This document shows, piece by piece, positions 26,127-37,972 of a stretch of 64,000 nucleotides of DNA. Below the pieces are notes generated by a model that ran no database searches, had not been told where the DNA came from, and worked only from the letters and a program-made list of their open reading frames with translations. The DNA comes from Dimorphilus gyrociliatus. Its lineage: Eukaryota > Animalia > Annelida. Location: contig CAJFCJ010000004.1 of NCBI GenBank assembly GCA_904063045.1, positions 609,498-673,497 of the forward strand, given 5' to 3'. Positions within the stretch are counted from its first letter, which is position 1. Each line of letters opens with the position of its first letter. Made by a program: the position numbers and the translations under genes.

Positions 26127-27886
26127 TTAACGCCTTTCGAGTAGTTCTTCAAGTTGACAGGCGTCAAAACGCTTTTTAGTCTAAAGGCTTGGCATCGGAA
26201 TTTTTCTCAATTTTCAAATATTATTCATTTTCTTTTGAACAAGTCCCATCCCACCTTCTCATGCTTTATCATAGTTTTTCTATTTAAAAAACACAAATAG
26301 AAGAAAGGAATTAGACTCATTAAGAGCATGTCGTATGATGGACAGATGGTAAGAGAGGGACGAATAAAAGAGCGGCTGTAAGTCTATTATAAAGAATAAA
26401 GCCGCTATTCAACAGAGTAGCCTATACAACCGTGTAATATATTAGGAGATTTTACCGAGGATTTATTGTTGTAATAGTCTAAATATTTTTTCGATTAAAT
26501 AGTTTACGACGACTCGGTTTTCTTATGTCCTTTGTACTAAACGACTTGTTCACTATCCGTTAAAAATGAATAATATCTCTATAAAAGAAGAGAAAATTAA
26601 GTCTATGATAGAGAGATAAAGAGAATAGAGAATAAGAAAATAACTAGCCCCAACACGTTTTTTTCAGGTCTTTTTTTACTTTACTAAGGTAGTTTTGATA
26701 ATTACGAGGTACTTAATCCACTCGGGTAGTAGAAAGGTCATGTTTTAAACAACCTCAACTATTTTTCTTGCTTTTACATAAGCTCTCTTTTTTTCTTCGT
26801 CTCCTTTTTTGTTTTTCTTCTTTTAAGAAGGTGGAGGTGGGCGGGAGAGGGCGGACGGTGGAGGTGGCAGCTGTTTATATATTGAACTTTCTATATAACG
26901 ATATATTTGCATTAACAATTACATATACTGTTCGATGTGAGGATAATGAGCGCCGATATTTACAATGCGTGTTCATATTTTACTTCTCAATGTTTAATGA
27001 TAAGAAAATCAATCCTAGTTAGGTTTTTTATGGACTCGAAGAGTTCGTCTTTCTTTTTTCCGCCTCTTCTTCTTCAAAGTCTATTTGTCCAAGTTCAAAA
27101 ACGTCTTTTCCTATCTAAATAAAAGAGAATATATATTTTTAAATATACAGTTTACTATTATATATATTTATATATACTGTATATATGCATATATATATAT
27201 AACTTTTTTTCTTTTATTTTCTCTTCTTTTCTTCCTCTTCTACTCTTTTTTTTTAACTCATTTATATTTATTTTTCAACACCACCTAGGCCTAAATAAAA
27301 CCTTTTGAATAATAATTATAAAAGTAATAGAAAAAGGAAAAATACACCATTCTAAAAAAGGTATGAAATTATTCTTAAGAAAGTAAGTACTTAACATTTA
27401 TTAGCAATGGTAATAAAATGAGTACAACTTTAATAGTATCTTTTTTTGATAGGTTAATAAAGAAAAACACTGGTATTCCTGCTGTATAGGTTATTTTTAA
27501 CTAGTATTTACAAACTGTAATAAAAAGAATTAAATGTATCAATTGAAGTTGAAGAGAAATTTTATATACATATATACCCATAAACATTTGCATTCTTTGT
27601 TTATACACCTATATAAACAGTCCCTGTATATTTTGAGTTTTTTCATGTATAAATATACATCACTTTTAAAGTTCAAGAATAAAAGCTATTAATGATACAT
27701 TTATTCTAGGAAACGCTTACCATACCTACAATCAAAACAGTCCAATTACAAATTTTTCCATTAATCCTATAATGATGTATAGATAAGGGATACTAAAAAG
27801 CGGTAGAAAGCGCGCCGCTTTTTAACTTCTCTTGCTCTCCCCCCCCACCGCCTCGCCTCTCTCTTTTTTCTCTTTCTCTTCCCAAG

Positions 27887-27964
27887 TCTAATTATTCACT
27901 TGGCATATTACTGATGGTATTTTTACAACCCAATCTTGGTGAACATTCAAATGGTACTGGATGT
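27887..27964 (+). other. Candidate orphan 78-nt exon
   Basis: About 40-nt pyrimidine tract plus cccaag acceptor, perfect gtaagt donor, open in phase 0 only; host transcript unknown. Confidence 0.4.
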
Positions 27965-29389
27965 GTAAGTTGACTCGCAGCGTCTAATTATCTAGAATGA
28001 ATTGGAGTAGCTTTCCAATTAACTTCGGTATATGCACCGAAATAGGCTTAAACTTGAAAATTTCAAAGAAACAATCACCTCCTATTGTCGATGTGGGCTG
28101 AACTGTTACACATATAATCACTCCTATGAGAATAAGGTGGCATACTATTTTTAAACACTAATTGAACTGGCCGGAAGAAGAAGTCTCACATATATAGATT
28201 TCAGAAAACGTATACCTTCTCTAAATAAACAAACAAATAATAGTTTATGTGATTGGGTTCTCTAGTAGATTAGGCCTATAGAAAAGCGTGTAGAACATCT
28301 TATAGTTTTTGTTCTCTACATTTTTTTGTAGCATGTTTAGAAAAAAAATAAAATAGGAATAAGATGAGAAAAGGAATATATAGATAAAAGAGAAAAAGAG
28401 AGGTAATTTAGCGTGTTCCCACAATGTTAAATGGGATATTACATATATACGGTTTGTTATGTAAGAGAAGCAATAAATTTAAGTGTATCGTTTTAAGAAG
28501 AAGTCAATAGATAAAGGATATAAAGAGCAATTAACACGTATATTCCCTGCGAAAAAAAGACTCCAAACTCTTTGTTTTCCTACACGTAATCCTCGTTGTT
28601 ATTATAACGAACTAACCAAATCAAACGCAACCGTCGCTCACAGCATGAAATCTTCCATTTTAGATCGGATCTCAAACAAAGTTTTACGGAATTTATTACG
28701 CGTGAAGAACGTTCCTTTGTTAACAACCGATCCTAAAAAAGCGGCGGCTCCTATAATGATAACTTTATCAGTCAATACGCTTTTCTCGCCCCTAGGGGGG
28801 CGATTTTTGACGCATGGGCGGGCTGCCCATTCGTAAGAATATATAGAATCAAATAGATGTAGAAATAATGTTTATAAACTACATTTTGGTGTTATTAAGA
28901 GAAGAAAAGAGTGTGGATAGGTTCAAATTTCTATCGTTTTAACTGTTTCAATAGGGTTTCGAGTTCATAAATCCAATTGATATCCTAACGAGAAAAAGCT
29001 GCCCTTTTATACGCAATTTTCAAGGACTACAGAGAGTATAAATATACATATACACACGTATATATATAAGTATGGTATCCATTTCTCTGAACTTTTAAAC
29101 GTCAGCCGCCAAACGGAGGCACATTTTTCTCTTTTCCTTTCCCTTAACTTTTCAATTGCAATTTACATTTCTAAAGTTTAAGTTTGTATTCACAGCCTAA
29201 ATTAATCTACCTGGATTCCTAGGTAGGTTTTAATTCTTCAAATAAGATTAGAACAACACTAAAAATAACTTATTTATACACACTCTTTTATATATAGAAG
29301 AAGGAAATTATAGATTTTATAAATATATAATTATATATGTATATATTTATATAAGTGTACGGTAATATATATTTATATATAGAAGTATA

Positions 29390-29416
29390 TATAGTATATA
29401 TATATATATATATATA
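29390..29416 (+). repeat. (AT)n microsatellite
   Basis: atatat... run within an AT-repeat-rich stretch. Confidence 0.8.
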
Positions 29417-30192
29417 AATTTTAATATACATTGAAATAAAGAGCCAAAGAACCATATTATATCTATTGACAGAGCTAAACTTATGAAAATAATAACTCTT
29501 ATTATCGAATGTATTAAAAGAAATTGGATTTTTTATATTAATATGTCATTTATCTAAGAAGAAAGAAAACTGGTATTTTTTCGAGTTAAGGTATGAAATG
29601 GTGTACGTTATTTATATATATTTAATTGGGTAAACGTGTGAAATTTCTAAATAGACGAACGTGGCATAACGCTTTTTCTCGTTAAATTGACGCCTCGGTA
29701 AATAAAATTTTACCAGATTTGTTGAATATTCCTAATCTTGTTATCATCATTGCATAGTTTACGGATTTATATCCTAAAGTTTAGTTTTATTTACTTTAAC
29801 TAGACATTCTAGCTATAATAAACTAATAAACTAGTCGACAGACTTAGGGCAGCAGGATAATTATCGCCTTGCTCAACTCTTCGATTATGTAACGCGGAAC
29901 GCTTAAAAATATACGAGCATGTTACATAAGAAATTTTCCAACCTGCTCAATTTACAGAAATTCGGAAATTCGAACGACAGCTATTTCCGGTGAAGAAAAT
30001 CTGTAGGTTCTACTTAATAGTCATGTTCCACACGCGTCCGTGGAACAATAAACAAACACAGGGAAAACAAATAAACTGCCCTAGGCCCAAATATATGGGT
30101 TAGGCTTAATCAAAGCGTTAATTAGACGAGTGTAAACTAGACGAAAAACAGTGAAAAATATTCCTTTAATCAGACAGTGCCGCCAATTAACA

Positions 30193-30282
30193 CCGCCCTC
30201 CTAACCTTATTTGCATAAAGCACTATCCAATCAGCGACATCGAGAGTCACGTGACGTTTCGCGAGCTCGCTTTATTCAGTCT
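30193..30282 (+). promoter_or_regulatory. Putative PcdhC promoter: GC box, octamer ATTTGCAT, CCAAT box, GTCACGTGAC, TCAGT Inr-like
   Basis: CCGCCC at 30193, ATTTGCAT at 30209, CCAATCAG at 30227, GTCACGTGAC at 30246..30255, ttcagtc at about 30276; downstream donor gag|gtgaat at 30385 and acceptor ccctag| at 32565, 13 nt before the ATG. Confidence 0.55.
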
Positions 30283-32578
30283 GGTGTACATACATGTGGC
30301 GAGCAGATATTTAACCGTCTCCCCCTTTGAAGTTTTGACTGGAATAAAGAATTTTGCAGAGCCCCATTGAAGAGGATAAAGGAGGTGAATATTTCATAAA
30401 TTATTGTTGAAGAATGCTTTTTCAAGTGTTCTATAAAGCCGTATGGCTTTATTGAATTTTCTAGCTGTAAATTTATCAGTAATTGACGTTGATTATTAAT
30501 GAAGATTTTTTATTATGACTCTACCCTCATTGTTGATCTTTTTTGAATAATTCTTATCTTACGCTCCATCAATTTCATAAATATTTCCTAAAGGACTTTT
30601 TAAGCCTTTCAGACGCCTCTATTTAGTTCAATTTAAAAACTTTTTTATTCAATCGCTTCTTAAAGAGTGTACGTATATGGAAAGGGTAAAAGGATTGACA
30701 CTCCGATTTGTATATCGGGTCAATAAACAATTTAAACGACCTTTTATCTGTATATTGCGGTGGAGGGCTTTATTCTACTCTCTTAATTTTTTGTTTTTTA
30801 AATTGATCCCATTCTTAACGCTATATTTTTTTATATCTTTTATTTTTTATCAAAGAAGATCAACTGACAGCTTGACATAGGGTATGTTTGCCTGATGAAT
30901 AATTAATTTATCCGACGGGTACTTGATTCAAGCGTCATACGTGACATTGAGACGATCTTTCTCCAATCTTCTGTTATTTGCATTTTACTTGAAAAAATTT
31001 TCACGGATAGTTAACTAATCAATACCCCTTTATAATAAGTTATTATTAGTTTTAAAAAGAGCTATTTATAGATGGCGCAATTTACAAAGAAAAAAATCTA
31101 TGGCGGGAAATGTTTCATATTTATGTATTGTTTGGACATCTTTCATTCTTTGAGCTCAGATAACAAATATAAAAGTATAAAGGAACATCGCTTTCTCAGG
31201 GATTATACCAAGTACGAAAAGAACCTTTAATTATACTTTAATTGTAATTTGACCCAATATAAATGATCTAATATTTCTAAAGCTTGCTAGAACTCGCACG
31301 AGCGTTTCCTTTTCACGAGAAACATAGAATTATTAATATTAAAAAAGTATGAACTCCCACAACGACTACGAAAATCTCTTATGTTTAATTAATTTCCAAA
31401 TTAAAAACAGTAATATGAAACATAGAGCCTATATAAGATTACAAGCGTTACCAGAGCACGATTTTAGGATAGCTTTTTATTGAACAAAAAGTAAACATAA
31501 ACAAATATTAAGATTGATGTTTTGAAAGTGTCTGCTTTCTTTCTTTTAACACATTTTTTTATGTTTCTCTACGCTAATTACATACTATAAACAGCCGATA
31601 GGTTTTTAGATACGTAAGTTGATCTACCGATTTAGCCTTATCTTTATAGACTTGGAACGTTAAGCTTTAATGCCGGTAAAGTTCTCACTAAGATTACTTT
31701 ACATGAATCGGCAATTGCCCTTCGGATATTCTTGTTAGAAACTAGTTTTTTTTTTATAACAATAAAAGAAATAGGGCTGTATAGTTCAAAGAGAGTAAAA
31801 GATAAATGTCAAAATAAATAGGGTTTATTTACAATTTTCAAACAAATGTTCAAAAATATTTAACCTTGTTTTTATAAAAAGAAAAAAATTCATCCGAAAA
31901 CGGTAATTGGAAAAAATAATAGAAAAAATAACGCTCCGGGGTTAATTAGCACAATTCGTTAAAAGTACATAAGAGTAGTTGGAACTGTAAAGAAAACACT
32001 CGAGACTCCTCCCGACGAACAATTGAACGCTTTCAATCCATTAAACGCTCTTATATTGTTTTCAGAACAATAAAACACGGGTGGTCGTCTTTCGACACTC
32101 GGTAAAGTTCTTATTAGAACTGCTCCTCACTGTAGTTTAGCGTTCCGTCCAACCGTTTCCGATTGACAGCTAAGAATGAAAGATGTCACCCCGCCGGGCG
32201 TTACAAAATTTCCCAGTCGGATGTTCTCTCAGACAAACAAGCTCGTTTCGGTTACGTAATCAACTACGTTTACTCAATATTCCACCCTTCCAAAAAGCGC
32301 TTCAAAGACATTCGAGTATGTACGTACGACACTTCAATGTTTAGTTCGAACTTGAAAATTTCGAGTGCTCGATATACAACTCGAGATTTATAGCGTTGTG
32401 TGAAAAAAATCCTTTAAGAATATGAAATGACTAACTTGTAAAGGAACGCACGCCTTATCTTACTGTTGTTATAATCATTAGGACAACAACAGATAGGCTC
32501 GATAAAAAAGGTGTCAGCGCTTAGAGACTATGCTTTATACAGTGCTTTTTTTTATCTCACCCTAGGGTTATTTGAAGT

Positions 32579-35500
32579 ATGAAGACTCTTATAGCGTTTT
32601 GCTTTTTTACTTTATCTTCCTTATCGATTGGAGAAATTATCTATGAGGTAGATGATGACTTGGGAATAGGGAAAACATTAGGTAATCCGGCAAAGGAATC
32701 TGGATTAGAAAATTTATCAAAATTGACTTTTGTAATTGCCGATTCATTACTGGAAAAATATCTTGAGATCACCGATAACGGCGACCTAAAAACAATATCG
32801 ATATTAGATAGAGATGCAATTCCTGGATGCGAGGGTCATTTAATTTGCAAGAGAACGATGGAAATTTTAGTTGGACCGTCTCAGTATTTCAAAATTTTAG
32901 TAGTTTCAATTAAGATAAAGGATAGGAACGATAACAATCCGGAATTCCCACAAGATTCACACGAATGGCGTCTAGTCGAAAATAGTCCCATCAATACAAG
33001 GCATCTATTGCCATCGGCTGTTGATAAGGACGCTGGAGATTATGGAAGATTAAGGTACGAATTGACTGATAAATCCAACGAATTCAGATTAGAGATAAGC
33101 GGCAACGATTTAGAATTAGTGCTGATCACTTTATTAGATAGAGAAGAGAAAGATGAATATAGAATGACTATTAAAGCTACTGACGGAGGAGGGAAAACAG
33201 CTCTATTAAGAATTTTAGTAATTATTCTAGACTCGAATGATCATAAGCCACAATTTACGAAACAAACCTACATCAAAACCATCTCGGAAGATTTCGATCC
33301 AGATAGTTCAGTTCTTCGAGTAGTAGCCACGGATAAAGATCAAGGAGAAAATGGGCGAATCGGTTACAGATTCTCAAAGCAAACCGATGAAAATATATTA
33401 CAAACTTTTCGATTAGACGAGTCAACCGGAGTTATATGGACAAAAAAGAAATTGGATTATGAATCTATAAGCAACTATAAATTCAGCATTGAAGCGAAAG
33501 ACTATGGAGATAGTTCCATTGCGGCGTATGCTAAAGTTCAAATAGAGGTCACCGATGAAAATGATCATTCTCCAGAAATATTAGTCAACTCGTTAAGTAA
33601 GAAAGATGTGTTGGAAGTGTCGGAAAATTCGACGACAGATACATTCGTCGCTTACATAACCGTTACGGATAAAGATTCCGGGGAAAATGCGAAAATTAAT
33701 TGCGTTCTTAATTCAAATAACTTATTTAAACTAGTTCATTTGCATAGTACTGAAAAGAAAAGCGAATACGAGTTATCGACAAATGCTGTTTCCGGTTTTG
33801 ACAGGGAAGATAAAGATGAAGTTAGCGTTAGAATTATTTGTCAAGATTCAGGCAGACCACCACAGTCGTTGTCTAAAACAATTACAGTGAAACTTCGAGA
33901 TGTGAATGATAATCATCCAAACTTTTATCAAAAATACTATTCAAAACGTATTGAGGAGGATAATAGTATTGGAATTTTTATATTGACTGTTAAAGCGTCG
34001 GATAGAGATGTCGGCGTCAATGCTGAAATTTCCTACTCAATACCGGATATCAGCGCAAAGAGGTATGTGACAATAGACAATAAAACAGGAGACATTTTCG
34101 CGGCTGCGAAATTTGACAGAGAAAGGGAAGAAACTTTCAGCTTCCGGGTCATGGCCAGCGACAAGGGAAAACCGTCCTTATCTAATTACGCTTTGGTCAA
34201 TTTGCACTTAAAAGACGTAAATGATAATCCTCCAGTTTTCACTGAAGAAGAGTATACATTTTCAATTTATGAGAATGCAAAAACTCCTACATTAGTTGGC
34301 AAAGTAAAGGCAGTAGATGCAGACGCCCCACCTTTTGATACAGTCGATTATGTAATAGACGCCGACACCACTGCCAGCTTCCGGATCGATAGAACGGGTC
34401 GAATATACTCTGAACGATCGTTCGACAGAGAGCTACTGACCAGTCACGTGATAAAAGTACGAGCATTTAACGCCGATAAACCGGAAATGCGTGGCATTGC
34501 TCAAGTACGAATTGACGTGCGGGACGCCAACGATAATCACCCGATTATCGATTATCCGAATGATCAAAATAATTCGGTCGATTTGTCAAATTACTCAAAG
34601 ATTGGGAGGGCTGTTACGAGAATTAAAGCAACGGACAAAGACGATGGAAATAATGCTCAATTACAATATGCAATTCTTAATCAGAACGTTCCCGACGCCT
34701 TTTTCATAGAGCCAGAAACAGGTAATCTATTCATTCCTTTTGTAAATTATCAAAATTTTATTAATCAGTCGCATTTTACTGTAAAAATATGTAATTAAGT
34801 CAGTTATTTCAATAATTTAATTAGGCAAATAATTGAACGCAATAGAAACGTCCATTAAGGCAAGATAGAACAAAATGTGGAATAGATAAAAACTGATAAC
34901 GGATAGTATTTATTTAATTATTTCAAAATAGAGAAACAACAAACAAACAAAAGTTGGCTCGAAGCCAGTAAATTGTACACACTTAATGAAGAATTTCTTA
35001 AAAACGTTCTTTACTCTTTTTCTTTCTTTCTCTCTACCTAACCCTCTTTCCCTTCTGTCTCTTAGTCTCACTGTCTGCTGTCTGTCTATCTATTTCCAAT
35101 TCTCTCTCTCTCTCTGTCACTTTCTCACTCTGACCTTCTTTGCTCCTTCTTTGCAATCTTCTTCTTTTTATCTCAACAAAAGTTGATTTGGAACAATAGA
35201 CTGGAAATAAATTTTGCACAATTCGAACTATTGTTAAAAGCTGTTTCTGCTAGGCCTAGACTGTCTTTTGTTCATACTTGACGCTGGCTGTATTTAAAAC
35301 TTAAAGACTATTGCTCATAGAATTTTTGTTGAAGGCTACTTTTAGTATCCCTAAATGGAAGTTGAATAGGCGATTTTAATGCAGTTACATCAGAATTTTT
35401 TTTTCAGGTGTCTTAATTGTTAACAAAGACTTAAAAGGATTAGTCGGTGAAGAGATAGGAATCAAAATTCGGGTGTCCGACAGTGGAATTCCAACCCCTT

Positions 35501-36933
35501 TGTTCACTGATGTGAACATAACCGTACGATTATTTGAAGGTCTTCCATCTGAACAGATTTTACAAGCAGAAAGAAGGAATCTACTTCCGGCTGTTATTGT
35601 AATTGTTTGCATCGCGTCGGTTCTTGTCGTGGCTCTTATCTTTGTAATTATCCTAATAAGACGGAAGAAGATGGGCATGAAAAGAGAGGGAGATTACAAA
35701 TGTACAATTAGGCCTACAGATTGCAATACTCACGTAAGTAACTATTTCAAGTTTTATTCTATAGGATCTTTATAGTAAGTGTTAGCCATAAAAGAGTAGA
35801 GAGAAGGAGGAGGAGGAGGAGGAGGAGGAGGAGGAGGAGGAGGAGGAGGAGGGCATTTGATAAAAAAAACTAGTTAGAGGAATTAACAGTAATAACATAG
35901 AAAGGGGATTTTACTATTTACAAAATTATAGGACAGTATATCGGTAAAGTATATAGCCCTATAGATATCATATATATATTTATCCTGATGAGATTTTTTT
36001 GTGACAACAATAATCAAACGGAGATAAACACATGGTTGTATGTTCTGACAATGTTATTCTCGTTATTACAAGCTGCTCTATCATCCATTTTTTTATCCTA
36101 TTTGTTAGTTTTTTTTTTAAAAAAAAAAGAAAAAAGGTAGCGGCAACTGGCGTTTCTTTGTGCCTTTTATTGTTATCAAAGAAAGGTAACAAGCGCTTCT
36201 GAAAATGAGGTGCTAAAAGAATCGAATAACTTTGGGTAATTGCTATTTAAAATGGTATAGAATCTGAAATATTTTTACGTATCTCTTAAAGAATTGGACA
36301 AGAAAGAGAGGGGTAATAGAAACATAATATAGTCGATAGAATCGAACAAAAACAAATAATGGTAATATTATAACAAAGTGATCGATGTACTTTAGATATA
36401 TGTTTTGTTAAGAGAGTAGACTGGGTGGAGTTTTTGGTTTTATAGACAACAAAAGAAAATAGGAGATCTGGGTAAGATAGAAGAGAAGTGGGAAGGGGGG
36501 CGATCTAATTATAACTTAACGGCTAACAATAGGTAGAACGATCGTCGTTAGCGTTCTATTCAAATCTAATATCGATTCTCTTCAAATCTATCGCATACAG
36601 TCGCCAACGGAAGATATCGTTGAATACAAGTATCCGCCGTCTTTCTCCAATTCTCCTAAAAGGACAACCTTCGACCTGAATCCAACTGTCCTGCATCAGA
36701 ACAATAACAACGACAACCTATCGAATCCAGACAGCGGCAGGGGTTCAAGCGAAGTAGAAGAAACTGAAAGAGATAGGTGGCGAAGAGAGAGAAGAAGAAC
36801 GCCACCTACCGGCTACGAACCAAAAATTAGAGGATCGTGGCCCGATGACGATGTCTCAACAACTTCTGGTAGCTATACAATTAATGGCGGAACATTAGAC
36901 AGATACTCAACAGGACCATCGACATTTGTCTAA
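32579..36933 (+). CDS. Protocadherin C: 7 cadherin repeats, TM, cytoplasmic tail (about 933 aa), delta1-like
   Basis: Exons 32579..34721, 35408..35733, 36601..36933; introns phase 1 (gtaatc..ttcag) and phase 0 (gtaagt..atacag). EC1 DRDAIPGCEGHLIC, juxtamembrane YKC, tail DSGRGS...STTSGSYTI...STFV*. Confidence 0.93.
35806..35850 (+). repeat. (GGA)15 trinucleotide repeat in PcdhC intron 2
   Basis: Uninterrupted gga run. Confidence 0.95.
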
Positions 36934-37972
36934 TTAACTAACTATTTAATATCAAAAACACTTCTTTCATTATCGGAAACGTCCTTTTCTTGTTATCATT
37001 ATTATTAATAATGCTATTATCATTATTTTGAGATTATTTTACGACTTTTTGCAGCATTTTAGGACTGTAGATTGTTAAATTTCTTGTATATAATGAATTA
37101 TGAAAAATGCAACTTTTTAACAATGTAAATAGATAAAGTTTTTTATATGTCAAAATCTGTATATGTTCTTTTTTTTTGTTGATCTCGAAAATTTGATGGA
37201 ACTAGTTAAGAATGAGTGCTTAAATAAAACTTTTTATATTGAATAGTATATACAATAGATGGCGCTGTTTTAAAAAATATAAATATAAAAGTATTTATCC
37301 TACCCTACCGTTTAATATTTACATGACATTTAATGTCATATTAATTGTTTATTGAATATATAATTTGAGAAGTCTATTTATATACTTTAATATTTTAAAT
37401 TTATTGAATTTTATAACAAAAATGGCAAAAACTTCAGAAAGTCGGCTAAATCTTTTTGTTTTTAAAAAGAAAACAGCAATAAGGAAGAAGAAACGGTAAA
37501 ACTGAACATTTTCTTCTGATCATATTATATAGGAACATTTTGTTAAGCCACAAGCAAACAAACTAGAAAGAAAGATGAGCTCTAAAATATTTGCTTTTTG
37601 TTTTAGGCAAAAAAATATAACTTGGTGAATTGTTTGTTCCTGGTTCAAAGGGCTATCCCAACGGAAGTCCTTTCCTTGTTTTTGCTGAATTTGCGCTAAA
37701 AAAGAATATTCTATTCCTTGCCACGGTGAATCATTCAGTCACAATACAAAGGACTATTCCAACAGAAATCGTCACTTTTTTAAATTTACCTTATATAGTT
37801 ATTTCTTTCTACCTCTCTTCAATAGTGAAAGGATTACAGCAGGTGGCGTTGAATTGAATGAATCACTACCGTAAAATTTTTCTGTCATATTCTAGAATTC
37901 CCTATAGCGAGTTCATATTCAGTTCAACTGCCTAATCGTTCGCAAAGTTTGAAAAAAGTTCATCAAATAAAT

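Noticed and set aside
27920-28160. Signal-peptide-like frame on - (KIVCHLILIGVIICVTVQP...) suggesting a small secreted peptide
   Set aside because: No in-frame ATG or upstream coding exon found; + strand splice signals explain the region better.
28786-28803. Near-palindrome CGCCCCTAGGGGGGCG as a CTCF site
   Set aside because: G-run length fits the CTCF core on neither strand, so it was left out of the motif list.
28483-28836. 117-aa + ORF, and an antisense frame reading KVIIIGAAAFLGSVV (Rossmann-like)
   Set aside because: No domain or splice support; the antisense frame lacks a start and the third Gly, and stops after about 30 residues. Likely chance.
32163-32393. 76-aa ORF in a CpG-richer part of the PcdhC 5' intron
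   Set aside because: TTG start, no motif, no splice support.
37949-37972. TTG start given by the ORF track for the VWA gene
   Set aside because: Eukaryotic gene; the ATG at 37973 begins a proper signal peptide.
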